A DNA stretch of 64,000 nt, taken from an uncultured Aureibaculum sp. Lineage in GTDB: Bacteria > Bacteroidota > Bacteroidia > Flavobacteriales > Flavobacteriaceae. The stretch spans positions 118,653 through 182,652 of the forward strand of contig CBDUPN010000001.1 in NCBI GenBank assembly GCA_965369125.1. The letters run 5' to 3'. Every line of letters begins with the position of its first letter. The first letter of the stretch is position 1. The notes under the pieces were generated by a model. That model worked only from the letters and a program-made list of their open reading frames with translations, was not told the DNA's origin and did no database searches. Positions 19,498 through 31,309 of this stretch are shown here, piece by piece. The position numbers and the translations under genes are program-made.

Positions 19498-20022
19498 TTA
19501 GCCGTTAAATACTTTTTGTAAAGAAATTCCTCTTTGTTTAGCAACGGTATTGGCATCTCGCATTTGTAACAGCGCATCGAAAGTAGCTTTTACCACATTA
19601 TGTGAATTAGAAGATCCCTGTGATTTTGACAATACGTCATGTACCCCAACTGATTCTAATACCGCACGTACGGCTCCACCTGCAATAACTCCTGTACCAT
19701 GAGAGGCTGGTTTTAAAAACACCTTGGCACCACCATATTTACCTTTTTGTTCGTGAGGTATTGTTTGGTTGATTATAGGTATCCTAACCAGGTTTTTCTT
19801 AGCGTCTTCGATGGCTTTGGCAATTGCTGAAGCAACATCCTTAGATTTTCCAAGACCATGACCTACAACTCCATTTTCATTACCAACAACAACAATTGCA
19901 GAAAAACCAAAGGTTCTACCACCCTTCGTTACTTTAGTAACTCTTTGTACTCCAACCAAATGATCTTTTAACTCTAAGCCGCTTGGTTTTACTCGTTCAA
20001 CGTTTCCGTATTTTTGATACAT
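19498..20022 (-). CDS. rpsE: 30S ribosomal protein S5
   Basis: [18 protein letters not shown]. Confidence 0.97.
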   Translation of the reverse strand: MYQKYGNVERVKPSGLELKDHLVGVQRVTKVTKGGRTFGFSAIVVVGNENGVVGHGLGKSKDVASAIAKAIEDAKKNLVRIPIINQTIPHEQKGKYGGAKVFLKPASHGTGVIAGGAVRAVLESVGVHDVLSKSQGSSNSHNVVKATFDALLQMRDANTVAKQRGISLQKVFNG

Positions 20023-20029
20023 AATCTTA

Positions 20030-20383
20030 TTAAAATTTTAATCCAGCTTCTCTTGCTCCGTCAGCCAGTGCTTTTACTCTACCGTGATATAAATAACCAT
20101 TTCTGTCAAAGGCTATATTTTCTATTCCTGCCTTTGCAGCCTTTTCGGCTAAAGCCTTGCCAACTAAAGCAGCTATTTCAATTTTAGTTCCTTTAGAAGC
20201 AATACCTTTTTCTCTTGATGAAACTGAAACCAACGTTGTTCCAGTAATATCATCGATTAATTGAGCATCGATTTCCTTGTTGCTTCTAAATACTGATAGC
20301 CTAGGCTTTTGAGCATTCCCAGAAACAATTTTTCTAATTCTTTGCTTTATTCTATGTCTTCTTTCAAGCTTTGATAATGCCAT
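20030..20383 (-). CDS. rplR: 50S ribosomal protein L18
   Basis: [25 protein letters not shown]. Confidence 0.97.
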   Translation of the reverse strand: MALSKLERRHRIKQRIRKIVSGNAQKPRLSVFRSNKEIDAQLIDDITGTTLVSVSSREKGIASKGTKIEIAALVGKALAEKAAKAGIENIAFDRNGYLYHGRVKALADGAREAGLKF

Positions 20384-20395
20384 AACACTTACTTA

Positions 20396-20938
20396 TTATG
20401 CAGATTTACCTGCTTTTCTTCTTAATTCTTCTCCTACAAACTTAATTCCTTTACCTTTATATGGCTCCGGTTTACGGAATGAACGAATCTTTGCCGCAAC
20501 TTGACCTACCAACTGTTTATCAAAAGAGGTAAGTTTAATGATAGGGTTTTTACCTTTTTCGGAAATGGTTTCTACTTTAACTTCAGGCGCGATGTCCAAA
20601 ACGATGTTATGAGAGAAACCTAGAGCCAAATCTAATTTTTGTCCTTGATTACTTGCTCTGTATCCAACTCCTACCAATTCCAATTCCTTAGTCCACCCTT
20701 TCGAAACTCCTTCCATCATATTAAACATAAGGGATCTGTAAAGACCATGTTTAGCCTTATCGTCCTTACTATCAGAAGGTCGAGTAACCATAATATTTCC
20801 GTCTTCAACTTTTATAGTGACGTTAGAATACTCCTGGGTTAACTCTCCAATCTTTCCTTTTACCGTAACAACATTGTCTTTAACATCAACGGTTACGCCT
20901 TCTGGAATTACTACTGGGTTATTTCCTATTCTTGACAT
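20396..20938 (-). CDS. rplF: 50S ribosomal protein L6
   Basis: MSRIG, PEPYKGKGI. Confidence 0.97.
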   Translation of the reverse strand: MSRIGNNPVVIPEGVTVDVKDNVVTVKGKIGELTQEYSNVTIKVEDGNIMVTRPSDSKDDKAKHGLYRSLMFNMMEGVSKGWTKELELVGVGYRASNQGQKLDLALGFSHNIVLDIAPEVKVETISEKGKNPIIKLTSFDKQLVGQVAAKIRSFRKPEPYKGKGIKFVGEELRRKAGKSA

Positions 20939-20951
20939 TTCTTATTCTTTA

Positions 20952-21350
20952 TTAATAAACGTAACATAAAACTTCACCACCAACGTTTTCTTGACGCGCT
21001 TTTTTGTTAGTCATCACCCCGCGAGAGGTTGAAACTATCGCAATTCCAAGTCCGTTTAAAACTCTTGGCATTTCAGAAGCATTCACATACTTACGTAAAC
21101 CTGGTTTACTAACTCTTTGTAATTTTTTAATAGTAGGCTGCTTTGTTTCTCTATCATACTTCAAAGCAATCTTAATATTATCTTGAACTTTATTCTCCTC
21201 AAACTTATAACTTAAGATATAACCTTGTTCAAACAAAATCTTGGTCATTTCTTTTTTTAAGTTAGAAGCTGGTATTTCAACAACTCTAAGTCCTGCATTC
21301 GCTGCATTTCTTATTCTTGTTAGATAATCTGCTATAGGATCTGAATACAT
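20952..21350 (-). CDS. rpsH: 30S ribosomal protein S8
   Basis: DPIADYLTRIRN, SKPGLRKY, GGEVLCYV. Confidence 0.97.
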   Translation of the reverse strand: MYSDPIADYLTRIRNAANAGLRVVEIPASNLKKEMTKILFEQGYILSYKFEENKVQDNIKIALKYDRETKQPTIKKLQRVSKPGLRKYVNASEMPRVLNGLGIAIVSTSRGVMTNKKARQENVGGEVLCYVY

Positions 21351-21411
21351 ATATATTAATTTGCGGTTTTGGTTTTTAACAACTAGTTAAACCTGAAACC
21401 CATTTATAATT

Positions 21412-21681
21412 TTACCAACTTGCTTTTTTAACACCTGGTATTAAACCTTGATTCGCCATTTCCCTAAATGTAACCCGACATAAACCAAACTGGCGCATAT
21501 AACCTTTTGGCCGGCCTGTTAATTTACAACGGTTATGCATACGAATAGGTGATGCATTTTTAGGTAACTTTTGTAATGCTTCGTAGTCGCCAGCTTCTTT
21601 TAAAGCCTTTCTCTTTTCTGCATATTTAGCTACAGTTTTTGCTCGTTTTACCTCACGGGCTTTCATTGATTCTTTAGCCAT
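21412..21681 (-). CDS. rpsN: 30S ribosomal protein S14 (89-aa form)
   Basis: [22 protein letters not shown]. Confidence 0.97.
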   Translation of the reverse strand: MAKESMKAREVKRAKTVAKYAEKRKALKEAGDYEALQKLPKNASPIRMHNRCKLTGRPKGYMRQFGLCRVTFREMANQGLIPGVKKASW

Positions 21682-21684
21682 CTT

Positions 21685-22236
21685 TTAATTCTTTTTAAAT
21701 GGTAAACCTAATTCGTTTAATAGTGATTTTGCCTCCTTGTCGGTATTGGCCGAAGTTACAAAAGTGATATCCATACCACTAATTTTGTTAATCTTGTCAA
21801 TATCGATCTCAGGGAAAATAATTTGCTCTGTAATACCCAGGTTATAATTACCTCTGCCATCAAAACCATTTGGTTTTACACCTCTAAAGTCTCTAACCCT
21901 TGGCAATGACGCTGTAACTAATCTGTCTAAAAATTCGTACATCTTATTTCCTCGTAAAGTCACTTTAGCACCAATAGGCATTCCTTTACGCAACTTAAAA
22001 GATGCAACATCCTTTTTAGATATGGTAGATATTGCTTTTTGACCAGTAATTTTAGTTAACTCGTCAACTGCATATTCTATGAGTTTTTTATCTGTAACAG
22101 CAGCGCCTACTCCTTTACTTATTACAATTTTTTGCAATTTAGGAACCTGCATTACATTCTTATAACCGAATTCTTCAGTTAATGCGGCTTTTATTCTGCC
22201 GGTATATTCTTCTTTAAGTCTTGGTACGTATGCCAT
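21685..22236 (-). CDS. rplE: 50S ribosomal protein L5
   Basis: [25 protein letters not shown]. Confidence 0.97.
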   Translation of the reverse strand: MAYVPRLKEEYTGRIKAALTEEFGYKNVMQVPKLQKIVISKGVGAAVTDKKLIEYAVDELTKITGQKAISTISKKDVASFKLRKGMPIGAKVTLRGNKMYEFLDRLVTASLPRVRDFRGVKPNGFDGRGNYNLGITEQIIFPEIDIDKINKISGMDITFVTSANTDKEAKSLLNELGLPFKKN

Positions 22237-22238
22237 CA

Positions 22239-22547
22239 CTAAATAATTTCTTTAGATTTTTTCGAAAACCTAACTTTTTTATCCCCTTCAATTCTAAATC
22301 CAACTCTGGTAGTATCACCTTTTTCCACTAACATTAAGTTAGAGATATGTATAGGTGCTTCAAATTTTGAAATTCCACCTTGTGGATTTTGAGCGCTAGG
22401 TTTGGTATGCTTAGATACCATATTAATTCCTTCTACTATTGCTTTACTCTTATCTCTAAGAATTTTAACTACTTTTCCTTCCTGACCTTTATCATCTCCA
22501 GCCATTACCTTTACTGTATCGCCAGTTTTAATTTTGAACTTTGTCAT
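22239..22547 (-). CDS. rplX: 50S ribosomal protein L24
   Basis: [17 protein letters not shown]. Confidence 0.96.
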   Translation of the reverse strand: MTKFKIKTGDTVKVMAGDDKGQEGKVVKILRDKSKAIVEGINMVSKHTKPSAQNPQGGISKFEAPIHISNLMLVEKGDTTRVGFRIEGDKKVRFSKKSKEII

Positions 22548-22560
22548 AATTTCTTTACTA

Positions 22561-22929
22561 TTAAAGCACTTCTGGTGCTAATGATACAATTTTCATGAAT
22601 TGTTTTTCACGAAGTTCTCTAGCCACAGGACCAAATACACGTGTACCACGCATCTCTTCAGTTGGATTTAATAATACACATGCATTATCATCAAATCTTA
22701 TATAAGAACCATCTTTACGGCGTACTTCTTTCTTAGTACGAACTACAACAGCTCTAGAAACTTGTCCTTTTTTTACTTGGCCATTAGGTGTAGCATCTTT
22801 TACAGATACTACAATTTTATCACCTAAAGAAGCATAACGCCTTTTAGTTCCGCCAAGCACGCGAATAACAAGAACTTCTTTAGCTCCTGTATTATCTGCC
22901 ACCTTTAATCTTGATTCTTGTTGTAACAT
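22561..22929 (-). CDS. rplN: 50S ribosomal protein L14
   Basis: [22 protein letters not shown]. Confidence 0.98.
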   Translation of the reverse strand: MLQQESRLKVADNTGAKEVLVIRVLGGTKRRYASLGDKIVVSVKDATPNGQVKKGQVSRAVVVRTKKEVRRKDGSYIRFDDNACVLLNPTEEMRGTRVFGPVARELREKQFMKIVSLAPEVL

Positions 22930-22931
22930 AA

Positions 22932-23189
22932 TTATTTAGCTCTTTCTAAGATTTCTACTAATCTCCAACGTTTGGTTCTACTTAATGGACGTGTCTCCAT
23001 AATTTTAACCGTGTCACCAATATTGCAATCGTTCTTTTCGTCGTGTGCAACGTATTTTTTCGTTTTCAAAACGAACTTACCGTACATAGGGTGTTTTGCT
23101 CTTGTAACCTCATTTACTACGATAGATTTCTCCATCTTGTTACTAGATACTATTCCTATTCTTTCTTTTCTAAGATTTCTTTTTTCCAT
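22932..23189 (-). CDS. rpsQ: 30S ribosomal protein S17
   Basis: Start MEKRNLRK at 23189; [18 protein letters not shown]. Confidence 0.96.
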   Translation of the reverse strand: MEKRNLRKERIGIVSSNKMEKSIVVNEVTRAKHPMYGKFVLKTKKYVAHDEKNDCNIGDTVKIMETRPLSRTKRWRLVEILERAK

Positions 23190-23207
23190 CTTGTAATACG
23201 AATACAA

Positions 23208-23399
23208 TTATTGTAATTCTCTTTTAGTTAATTCTGTAGCAAGTCTGGCAACAGTCCTTCTCATGTCTCTCAATTGAATTGGATTTTCTAAAGGAGATAT
23301 AGAATGGGCCATTTTAAGATCTGTATGATTCTTTTTTAACGCTATTATTTTTTCCTGTAATTCTGCTACAGTTAATTCTTTAATCTCTGATTGTTTCAT
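23208..23399 (-). CDS. rpmC: 50S ribosomal protein L29
   Basis: LENP..RRTVARL; position between rplP and rpsQ. Confidence 0.95.
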   Translation of the reverse strand: MKQSEIKELTVAELQEKIIALKKNHTDLKMAHSISPLENPIQLRDMRRTVARLATELTKRELQ

Positions 23400-23410
23400 T
23401 ATCTATATTA

Positions 23411-23839
23411 TTAAGCGTTATCGTAATCAGGTGCTATAACAAATTTTGTTTTAACCGGTAACTTTTGAGCTGCAAGTCGCAATGCTTCTCTGGCAACTTC
23501 AATTGGTACACCACCTATCTCGAATAAAATTCTACCAGGTTTTACAACAGCCACAAAATATTCTGGGGCTCCTTTACCTTTACCCATCCGAACCTCTAAT
23601 GGCTTTTTCGTAATAGGCTTATCCGGAAATATTTTAATCCAAATACTCCCTTGTCTTTTCATATAACGAGTTGCAGCGATCCGCGCTGCTTCAATTTGTC
23701 GTGAAGTAAGTAAGTTTTGATCTAAAGATTTTATTCCAAATACTCCATTAGAAAGCCTGTGACCTCTTCCTGAGATCCCGGTCATATTACCTTTACCTTT
23801 CTGTACTTTACGATATTTTACTCTCTTCGGTTGTAACAT
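23411..23839 (-). CDS. rplP: 50S ribosomal protein L16
   Basis: [23 protein letters not shown]. Confidence 0.97.
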   Translation of the reverse strand: MLQPKRVKYRKVQKGKGNMTGISGRGHRLSNGVFGIKSLDQNLLTSRQIEAARIAATRYMKRQGSIWIKIFPDKPITKKPLEVRMGKGKGAPEYFVAVVKPGRILFEIGGVPIEVAREALRLAAQKLPVKTKFVIAPDYDNA

Positions 23840-23857
23840 TATCTAAATTTTAAAAAC

Positions 23858-24574
23858 TTATTTTCTTCTTTGAGGTTTTCTTGGTCCGCCTTTACCTGGT
23901 TTTCCACCTTGTTTTTTCGACAAACCAACTAATGGTGATAATTCTCTCTTACCATAAACCTCACCTTTCATAATCCATACTTTCACACCTATTCTTCCAT
24001 AGGTAGTATGTGACTCAACAAGTGCATAATCAATATCAGCTCTAAATGTTGAAAGCGGAATTCTACCCTCTTTATATGATTCAGAACGCGCCATTTCAGC
24101 ACCGTTCAGTCGGCCAGAAATTTGCACTTTAATACCTTCTGCATTCATTCTTATCGATGCTGCAATTGCCATTTTAATAGCGCGTCGGTAAGAAATTCTA
24201 TTTTCAATTTGACGTGCAATACTTGAAGCAACTAAAAAGGCATCTAATTCTGGTCTCTTAATTTCGAAAATATTAATCTGTACTTCTTTCCCCGTAATTT
24301 TTTTAAGCTCTTCCTTTAATTTGTCAACCTCTTGACCACCTTTTCCAATAATGATTCCAGGACGGGCAGTCGTAATGGTAATGGTGACTATTTTAAGGGT
24401 GCGCTCAATAATTACTCTAGACACACTCGCTTTGGCCAACCTCGTGTGAATATATTTTCTTATTTTATCGTCTTCAGCAATTTTATCGCCATAGTTTCTT
24501 CCACCATACCAGTTAGATTCCCATCCTCTGATAATTCCTAAACGATTTCCTATTGGATTAGTCTTTTGTCCCAT
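23858..24574 (-). CDS. rpsC: 30S ribosomal protein S3
   Basis: [26 protein letters not shown]. Confidence 0.97.
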   Translation of the reverse strand: MGQKTNPIGNRLGIIRGWESNWYGGRNYGDKIAEDDKIRKYIHTRLAKASVSRVIIERTLKIVTITITTARPGIIIGKGGQEVDKLKEELKKITGKEVQINIFEIKRPELDAFLVASSIARQIENRISYRRAIKMAIAASIRMNAEGIKVQISGRLNGAEMARSESYKEGRIPLSTFRADIDYALVESHTTYGRIGVKVWIMKGEVYGKRELSPLVGLSKKQGGKPGKGGPRKPQRRK

Positions 24575-24579
24575 ACTAT

Positions 24580-24990
24580 TTACGAATTGCTTTCATTATT
24601 TTTTGAACCTAATACCATAGTCACATGATTAGATCTTTTTCTAATTCTATGAGCACGTCCTTGTGGTGCAGGTCTTAATCTTTTTAACATTGTTGCACTA
24701 TCAACATAAATTTCCTTAACGAACAAACCTGCATCTTCAATATTAGCATCTTCATTCTTAGCTTGCCAGTTGGCAATAGCTGATAAGGTTAACTTCTCCA
24801 AACTACGTGCTGCTTCTTTTGAACTGAATTTTAAAATAGCCAAGGCTTTTTCAACTTCAACTCCTCTAATTAAATCAGCAACTAAGCGCATTTTTCTTGG
24901 CGATGTAGGACAGCCATTTAATTTGGCAAAAAACTTGTTTTTGCGTTCCTCTTTAAGCTGCTGTGCTCTTACTTTTTTTCGAACTCCCAT
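24580..24990 (-). CDS. rplV: 50S ribosomal protein L22
   Basis: [21 protein letters not shown]. Confidence 0.97.
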   Translation of the reverse strand: MGVRKKVRAQQLKEERKNKFFAKLNGCPTSPRKMRLVADLIRGVEVEKALAILKFSSKEAARSLEKLTLSAIANWQAKNEDANIEDAGLFVKEIYVDSATMLKRLRPAPQGRAHRIRKRSNHVTMVLGSKNNESNS

Positions 24991-25000
24991 GATTTCCTAC

Positions 25001-25279
25001 TTATTTTTTTCCTTTATTTTTCGCACCTGCATGTCCTCTAAAAGAACGTGTTGGTGAAAATTCTCCCAATTTATGACCTACCATGTTTTCGGTGATATAT
25101 ACAGGAACAAATTGACGGCCATTATGAACACCAATCGTTTGTCCTACAAAATCCGGAGTTATCATAGATGACCTTGACCAAGTCTTAATGACACTTTTCT
25201 TACCAGATTCAATATTAGTCTGTACTTTCTTTTCCAATTTATGGAAAACATAAGGTCCTTTTTTTAATGAACGAGCCAT
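25001..25279 (-). CDS. rpsS: 30S ribosomal protein S19
   Basis: [17 protein letters not shown]. Confidence 0.98.
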   Translation of the reverse strand: MARSLKKGPYVFHKLEKKVQTNIESGKKSVIKTWSRSSMITPDFVGQTIGVHNGRQFVPVYITENMVGHKLGEFSPTRSFRGHAGAKNKGKK

Positions 25280-25289
25280 ACTTCTTTAA

Positions 25290-26114
25290 TTATTTTTTTC
25301 TACGTTCTAAAATATACTTATTACTTGCTTTCGATTTAGAACGCGTTTTAAATCCTTTTGCAGGAATTCCGTTTCTAGATCTTGGATGACCCCCTGAAGC
25401 TTTACCTTCACCACCACCCATTGGATGATCTACAGGGTTCATAACCACAGGTCTTGTTCGTGGTCTTCTACCTTTCCATCTGCTTCTTCCTGCTTTACCA
25501 GAAACTAATAACTGATGATCAGAATTTGAAACAACCCCGATAGTCGCCTTACATGTAACCAAAATCATTCTGGTTTCACCTGATGGCATTTTTACTGTGG
25601 CATATTTCCCTTCTCTAGCCATTAATTGTGCAAATGAACCTGCACTTCTAGCCATCACAGCACCTTGACCTGGATGTAATTCAATACAAGAAATAACAGT
25701 ACCTAATGGTATATCACTCAAAGGCATTGAGTTACCAATTTCAGGTGCAACTTTTTCTCCGGATATGATCGTTTGACCAACTTTTAAACCTCCAAGAGCA
25801 ACGATATATCGTTTCTCACCATCAGCATAATTCAATAAGGCAATAAACGCTGTTCGGTTTGGATCGTATTCGATTGTTTTAACAGTTGCAGGAACACCAT
25901 CTTTATCTCTCTTAAAGTCAATAATACGGTATCGTTTTTTATGACCACCACCTAAATAGCGCATTGTCATTTTACCTGTGCTGTTTCTTCCCCCAGATCT
26001 CTTTTTAGAAGCTAATAAACTTTTTTCAGGTTTATCAGTAGTAACAACGTCAAAGTCATTTACAACTCTAAATCGCTGACCGGGTGTTATTGGTTTTAAT
26101 TTTCTTAATGACAT
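25290..26114 (-). CDS. rplB: 50S ribosomal protein L2
   Basis: [20 protein letters not shown]. Confidence 0.98.
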   Translation of the reverse strand: MSLRKLKPITPGQRFRVVNDFDVVTTDKPEKSLLASKKRSGGRNSTGKMTMRYLGGGHKKRYRIIDFKRDKDGVPATVKTIEYDPNRTAFIALLNYADGEKRYIVALGGLKVGQTIISGEKVAPEIGNSMPLSDIPLGTVISCIELHPGQGAVMARSAGSFAQLMAREGKYATVKMPSGETRMILVTCKATIGVVSNSDHQLLVSGKAGRSRWKGRRPRTRPVVMNPVDHPMGGGEGKASGGHPRSRNGIPAKGFKTRSKSKASNKYILERRKK

Positions 26115-26125
26115 CTTTTTTTGTC

Positions 26126-26416
26126 TTAGATATTGCTATAAAAATCAATGTTATCTCCTTCTGCTAACTCTACAATTGCTTTTTTGAAAGCTCCTGTTTT
26201 ACCAGTAACTACTCCTTTTTTCGTAAACTTAGTTTTACGTTTTACAGGGTAATTCATGGTTCTAACTTTATTCACAGAAACTCCATAAGCCTTTTCAATA
26301 GCTTCCTTTATCTCAATCTTGTTAGCTTTCATATCGACTACAAAACCGTATCGATTATACAACTCACTATGGTCAGTTGCTTTTTCTGTAATAATTGGTT
26401 TTACTAAAATACTCAT
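26126..26416 (-). CDS. rplW: 50S ribosomal protein L23
   Basis: [18 protein letters not shown]. Confidence 0.96.
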   Translation of the reverse strand: MSILVKPIITEKATDHSELYNRYGFVVDMKANKIEIKEAIEKAYGVSVNKVRTMNYPVKRKTKFTKKGVVTGKTGAFKKAIVELAEGDNIDFYSNI

Positions 26417-26421
26417 GACTA

Positions 26422-27051
26422 TTACTTGCTAAGATTTGATTCAATTTCTTCTAAATACGCTTCAGAAATAACAATTTTATTTGCATTTAAAACGTTGTAA
26501 GTATTTAATTTTGAAGTACTTATAACGTCAGCGCCTTTTAAATTACGTGATGACAAATATACATTTTTATTTGACGGCTCCAACACAAATAAAGATTTTT
26601 TGTTTTCCAGCTCTAAAGCCTTTAAAACATTGGTAAAATTCTTTGTTTTCGGAGCATCAAAATTAAAATTCTCAACCACCACAATATTATCCTCTTTTGC
26701 CTTTAATGACAATGCAGAAAGACGTGCTAATTTTTTTAAATTTTTATTTAATTTAAAGCCGTAATTTCTCGGTCTAGGGCCAAAAATTCTTCCACCACCT
26801 CTAAATACACCTGATTTAATACTTCCTGCACGGGCAGTTCCGGTTCCTTTTTGTTTCTTGATTTTTCTCGTACTACCTACAATTTCTGCTCTTTCTTTAG
26901 CTTTATGAGTTCCTTGTCTTTGATTTGCCAAGAATTGTTTCACATCTAAATAAACCGCATGCTTATTCGGCTCTATCGCAAAAATAGCATCTGAAAGTTC
27001 AACTTTTCTCCCAGTATTTTTCCCGTTGATATCTACTACTGCTACTTTCAT
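26422..27051 (-). CDS. rplD: 50S ribosomal protein L4
   Basis: [25 protein letters not shown]. Confidence 0.97.
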   Translation of the reverse strand: MKVAVVDINGKNTGRKVELSDAIFAIEPNKHAVYLDVKQFLANQRQGTHKAKERAEIVGSTRKIKKQKGTGTARAGSIKSGVFRGGGRIFGPRPRNYGFKLNKNLKKLARLSALSLKAKEDNIVVVENFNFDAPKTKNFTNVLKALELENKKSLFVLEPSNKNVYLSSRNLKGADVISTSKLNTYNVLNANKIVISEAYLEEIESNLSK

Positions 27052-27668
27052 TATTTCTCAATGATTATATAAGAATTCTTATGGCCTGGTACTGCACCTT
27101 TTACTACTAAAAGATTCTTTTCAGGTACTACTTTAAGCACTCTTAAGTTTTGAACTTTCACATTTTCTCCACCCATTCTTCCGGCCATCTTCATGCCTTT
27201 AAAAACACGAGCAGGATAAGAGGCAGCTCCAATAGAGCCAGGAGCTCTTAATCGGTTATGCTGACCATGAGTTGCTTGACCAACACCTGCAAAACCATGT
27301 CTTTTTACAACGCCTTGAAATCCTTTCCCTTTGGATGTACCTAATACATCAACAAACTCACCTTCTTCAAACTGATCTACAGTTATAAGATCACCTAATT
27401 TGTAATCTTTTTTAAATCCTTGGAATTCAACAACACGTTTTTTAGCAGAAGTTCCAGCTTTTTTAAAGTGTCCATTCAACGCTTTATTAGACTGTTTTTC
27501 TGATTTGTCATCGAAACCAAGTTGTAACGCTTCATACCCGTCAACCTCTTTGGTTCTGACTTGGGTAACTACACAAGGACCTGCTTCAATGACGGTACAT
27601 GGAATATTTTTTCCATTGTCGTCAAAAATACTGGTCATTCCTATTTTTCTTCCTATTAACCCAGACAT
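27051..27668 (-). CDS. rplC: 50S ribosomal protein L3
   Basis: [22 protein letters not shown]. Confidence 0.97.
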   Translation of the reverse strand: MSGLIGRKIGMTSIFDDNGKNIPCTVIEAGPCVVTQVRTKEVDGYEALQLGFDDKSEKQSNKALNGHFKKAGTSAKKRVVEFQGFKKDYKLGDLITVDQFEEGEFVDVLGTSKGKGFQGVVKRHGFAGVGQATHGQHNRLRAPGSIGAASYPARVFKGMKMAGRMGGENVKVQNLRVLKVVPEKNLLVVKGAVPGHKNSYIIIEK

Positions 27669-27702
27669 TCTTATTTATTTATTATTAATCTTTTTTTTAT
27701 TT

Positions 27703-27800
27703 AAAAAAACAGGGTTAAAATACTTCAACCCTGATGTATTTTTACCGCTTTTCCCTCGTCAATCGCTCAGGACATGTTATCGAAAGAATACCCTTTCGAT
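27703..27800 (-). ncRNA. Structured rpsJ-rplC leader with intrinsic terminator (candidate L4-type r-leader/attenuator)
   Basis: Minus strand: hairpin AUCGAAAG/CUUUCGAU, then CAGGGUUGAA-GUAU-UUUAACCCUG followed by U7; upstream CCUGA can pair with UCAGG of the terminator stem. Confidence 0.55.
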
Positions 27801-27810
27801 TTTAATTTCA

Positions 27811-28116
27811 TTATACTTTGATCTCTACCTCAACGCCACTTGGCAACTCCAATTTCATCAAAGCATCAATAGTTTTCGATGAAGAACTATAAATATCCAA
27901 TAGCCTTTTATAAGAGCTTAATTGAAATTGTTCTCTTGATTTCTTATTTACATGCGGAGAGCGCAATACAGTAAATATTTTTTTATGTGTAGGTAAAGGA
28001 ATTGGTCCGTTAATAACTGCACCAGTACTTTTTACCGTTTTTACGATTTTCTCAGCAGATTTATCTACTAAATTATGATCGTAAGATTTTAATTTTATTC
28101 TAATTTTTTGACTCAT
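27811..28116 (-). CDS. rpsJ: 30S ribosomal protein S10
   Basis: [30 protein letters not shown]. Confidence 0.98.
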   Translation of the reverse strand: MSQKIRIKLKSYDHNLVDKSAEKIVKTVKSTGAVINGPIPLPTHKKIFTVLRSPHVNKKSREQFQLSSYKRLLDIYSSSSKTIDALMKLELPSGVEVEIKV

Positions 28117-28134
28117 CTTTACTTATTTAGTAAA

Positions 28135-30255
28135 TTAACCTTGTACATTTTTAATAACCTCATCGGCAATACTAGAAGGGGTTTCTGCATAATGAGAAAA
28201 CTCCATAGTCGATGTAGCTCTACCAGAAGACAATGTTCTTAACGAAGTTACATATCCAAACATTTCAGATAACGGCACTTCGGCCTTCACAACTTTAGCT
28301 CCAGCTCTATCAGACATATTATATACATGACCTCTTCGGCGGTTTAAATCACCAACGATATCACCCATATTCTCTTCGGGAGTCAATACTTCCATTTTCA
28401 TAATTGGCTCCATCAATACTGCTTTTGCAGCTTTTGCAGCCGCCTTGTAACCGATCTTTGCCGCGAGTTCAAAAGATAAAGAGTCAGAATCCACCGGGTG
28501 GAATGACCCATCCTTTAATGTAATCTTCATACTATCCATTTCGAATCCGGCCAATGGACCATTTTGCATGGCTATTTTAAATCCTTTTTCTATAGCAGGA
28601 ATATATTCTTTAGGAACATTACCTCCTTTAATTAAATTTACAAATTCAAGACCTTGCTTTCCTTCTTCTGCAGGCTCCATGGTAAATACGATATCGGCAA
28701 ACTTACCACGTCCACCAGATTGTTTTTTATAAATTTCTCTGTGATCGGCAGCTTGTGTAATCGCTTCTTTGTACTCAACTTGGGGTTGACCTTGGTTTAC
28801 TTCAACCTTAAATTCACGTCTCAACCTGTCTACAATAATATCCAAGTGAAGTTCTCCCATCCCAGATATAATTGTTTGGCCTGATGCCTCATCTGTCTTT
28901 ACTGTAAATGTCGGATCCTCTTCTGCCAATTTCGACAGCGCCATTCCTAACTTATCTACATCAGCCTTCGTTTTCGGTTCAACAGCAATACCAATTACCG
29001 GATCGGGAAAATCCATGCTCTCTAAAACAATTGGATGTTTCTCATCAGACAATGTATCTCCAGTCTTAATATCTTTAAATCCTACTGCGGCACCAATATC
29101 TCCGGCTTCAATAAAATCAATAGCATTTTGTTTATTGGAATGCATTTGATAGATCCTTGAAATTCGCTCTTTTTTTCCAGAACGATTGTTCAATACATAG
29201 GATCCGGCATCTAAACGGCCAGAATAAACTCTAAAGAATGCCAAACGACCTACAAAGGGGTCGGTAGCGATTTTAAAAGCCAAGGCAGCAAAAGGTTCTG
29301 TCACATTTGGCTTGCGGGCAATTTCGGCACCTGTGTCAGGATGCGTTCCTATAATAGCTTCCTTGTCTAAAGGAGAAGGTAAATATCTACAAACGGCATC
29401 TAACAAGAACTGAACGCCTTTATTTTTAAAAGCAGAACCACAGATCATTGGTATGATCGACATATCCATAACGGCAGCCCTTAATGCAGCATGCACTTCG
29501 TCTTCTGTAATAGAATCTTCATCTTCCATGAATTTCTCCAAAAGATTTTCGTCATAACCAGCAACTTCCTCTATAAGTAAAGCTCTATATTTACGAGTTT
29601 CTTCTTTCATGTCTTCCGGAATATCGACTACATCAAAAGTAGCTCCCAGGGTTTCTTCATGCCAGATTACTGCTCTGTTCTTAACTAAATTTATGATACC
29701 TCTAAAGTCGCCTTCATCACCTATAGGTAATACAATAGGCACAGCATTCGAACCTAACATCTCTTTTACTTGTTGACAAACGGCCAAAAAATTCGACCCT
29801 TGACGGTCCATTTTATTGACAAATCCCATTCTTGGAACCTTATAATTGTCTGCCAATCTCCAGTTAGTTTCTGATTGAGGCTCTACGCCATCTACCGCTG
29901 AAAATAGAAAAACCAATCCGTCAAGCACTCTTAACGATCGGTTAACCTCTACGGTAAAATCAACGTGACCGGGGGTATCTATGATATTAAAATGGTATCC
30001 ATGAGCATCTGCTGTTGGCGCACCATTTTCGGTAGGAAACTGCCAAGTACATGTTGTAGCAGCAGAAGTAATGGTAATACCACGTTCTTGCTCTTGCTCC
30101 ATCCAATCCATTGTCGCAGCGCCATCATGCACTTCTCCAATTTTATGACTTACACCTGTATAATATAATATACGCTCTGTTGTTGTAGTTTTACCTGCAT
30201 CAATATGAGCCGCAATTCCAATATTCCTTGTATATTTTAAATCTCTTTGTGCCAT
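28135..30255 (-). CDS. fusA: Elongation factor G
   Basis: [27 protein letters not shown]. Confidence 0.98.
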   Translation of the reverse strand: MAQRDLKYTRNIGIAAHIDAGKTTTTERILYYTGVSHKIGEVHDGAATMDWMEQEQERGITITSAATTCTWQFPTENGAPTADAHGYHFNIIDTPGHVDFTVEVNRSLRVLDGLVFLFSAVDGVEPQSETNWRLADNYKVPRMGFVNKMDRQGSNFLAVCQQVKEMLGSNAVPIVLPIGDEGDFRGIINLVKNRAVIWHEETLGATFDVVDIPEDMKEETRKYRALLIEEVAGYDENLLEKFMEDEDSITEDEVHAALRAAVMDMSIIPMICGSAFKNKGVQFLLDAVCRYLPSPLDKEAIIGTHPDTGAEIARKPNVTEPFAALAFKIATDPFVGRLAFFRVYSGRLDAGSYVLNNRSGKKERISRIYQMHSNKQNAIDFIEAGDIGAAVGFKDIKTGDTLSDEKHPIVLESMDFPDPVIGIAVEPKTKADVDKLGMALSKLAEEDPTFTVKTDEASGQTIISGMGELHLDIIVDRLRREFKVEVNQGQPQVEYKEAITQAADHREIYKKQSGGRGKFADIVFTMEPAEEGKQGLEFVNLIKGGNVPKEYIPAIEKGFKIAMQNGPLAGFEMDSMKITLKDGSFHPVDSDSLSFELAAKIGYKAAAKAAKAVLMEPIMKMEVLTPEENMGDIVGDLNRRRGHVYNMSDRAGAKVVKAEVPLSEMFGYVTSLRTLSSGRATSTMEFSHYAETPSSIADEVIKNVQG

Positions 30256-30263
30256 GCTAATTC

Positions 30264-30740
30264 TTAAAATCTAAAGTGTGAAAATGCTTTATTTGCTTCT
30301 GCCATTTTATGGACATCAGTTTTTTTCTTAAAAGCAGCTCCTTCTTCTTTAGCAGCGGCAATTACTTCGCCAGCTAAACGTTGAGCCATTGACTTCTCAT
30401 TACGTTTTCTAGCATATAAAATCAACCACTTTATTGCCATTGAGACCTTTCTGTCAGGTCTAATTTGCATTGGAATTTGAAAAGTTGCTCCTCCTACCCT
30501 TCTGCTACGCACCTCAACATGAGGCATCACATTAGATAAGGCATCTTTCCATAATTCTAGTGCTGTTTTTTCTTCGTTTTGGTTTCTTTCCTCTACGATG
30601 TCCATCGCATCATAGAATACTTTAAAAGCTACAGATTTTTTACCATCGTGCATTAAGTTATTTACAAACCTTGTAACTAACTGATCGTTAAATTTCGGAT
30701 CCGGTAAAAGAAATCTTTTTTTTGCGCTTCTTTTTCTCAT
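30264..30740 (-). CDS. rpsG: 30S ribosomal protein S7
   Basis: [19 protein letters not shown]. Confidence 0.98.
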   Translation of the reverse strand: MRKRSAKKRFLLPDPKFNDQLVTRFVNNLMHDGKKSVAFKVFYDAMDIVEERNQNEEKTALELWKDALSNVMPHVEVRSRRVGGATFQIPMQIRPDRKVSMAIKWLILYARKRNEKSMAQRLAGEVIAAAKEEGAAFKKKTDVHKMAEANKAFSHFRF

Positions 30741-30765
30741 TTCTCTTTACATTAAAGTGTTTAAA

Positions 30766-31140
30766 TTACTTCTTAGGTCGTTTAGTGCCGTATTTTGAAC
30801 GGCGCTGAGTTCTACCTTCAACTCCTGCGGTATCTAAGGCACCACGAACAACGTGATACTTCACCCCAGGCAAATCTTTTACTCTTCCTCCTCTAACTAA
30901 TACTATCGAGTGCTCTTGCAGGTTATGTCCTTCTCCAGGGATGTAAGCATTTACTTCATTACCATTGGTTAACCTTACCCTGGCTACTTTACGCATAGCA
31001 GAATTTGGTTTCTTTGGTGTTGTAGTGTAAACACGTGTACATACGCCTCTTCTCTGTGGACAAGATGTCAATGCAGCCGATTTATTCTTCTTAGTTATTT
31101 GGGTTCTTCCCTTGCGTACTAATTGCTGTATAGTTGGCAT
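30766..31140 (-). CDS. rpsL: 30S ribosomal protein S12
   Basis: [18 protein letters not shown]. Confidence 0.98.
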   Translation of the reverse strand: MPTIQQLVRKGRTQITKKNKSAALTSCPQRRGVCTRVYTTTPKKPNSAMRKVARVRLTNGNEVNAYIPGEGHNLQEHSIVLVRGGRVKDLPGVKYHVVRGALDTAGVEGRTQRRSKYGTKRPKK

Positions 31141-31191
31141 ATTAATTAATTATTATCTATTTTTTTGTAAACCTCTATTTTTAAGAGTGTG

Positions 31192-31222
31192 CAAATGTAT
31201 AAATAATTTCCGTTTATTCAAA
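31192..31222 (-). promoter_or_regulatory. Bacteroidota sigma70 promoter for the str operon
   Basis: TTTG (31219-31222), 19-nt spacer, TACATTTG (31192-31199): full -33/-7 consensus. Confidence 0.75.
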
Positions 31223-31309
31223 TAGGTATTGACTAATTTTTATCCCCAATTAAAAAATAGAGGGAAAGCGCATTTTTTTAATAAGTATTTCTGCTATTTT
31301 TGAAAAGTT

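Noticed and set aside
23411-23839. Slightly unusual L16 N-terminus (KGKGNMTG, apparent 2-aa insertion)
   Set aside because: Minor lineage variation; cannot be tied to any function from sequence alone
28116-28135. Absence of tuf after fusA, and of adk/map around secY
   Set aside because: Normal gene order for Flavobacteriia; not a deletion
30766-31140. Streptomycin-resistance substitutions in S12
   Set aside because: TPKKPNS and RVKDLPG motifs are wild type
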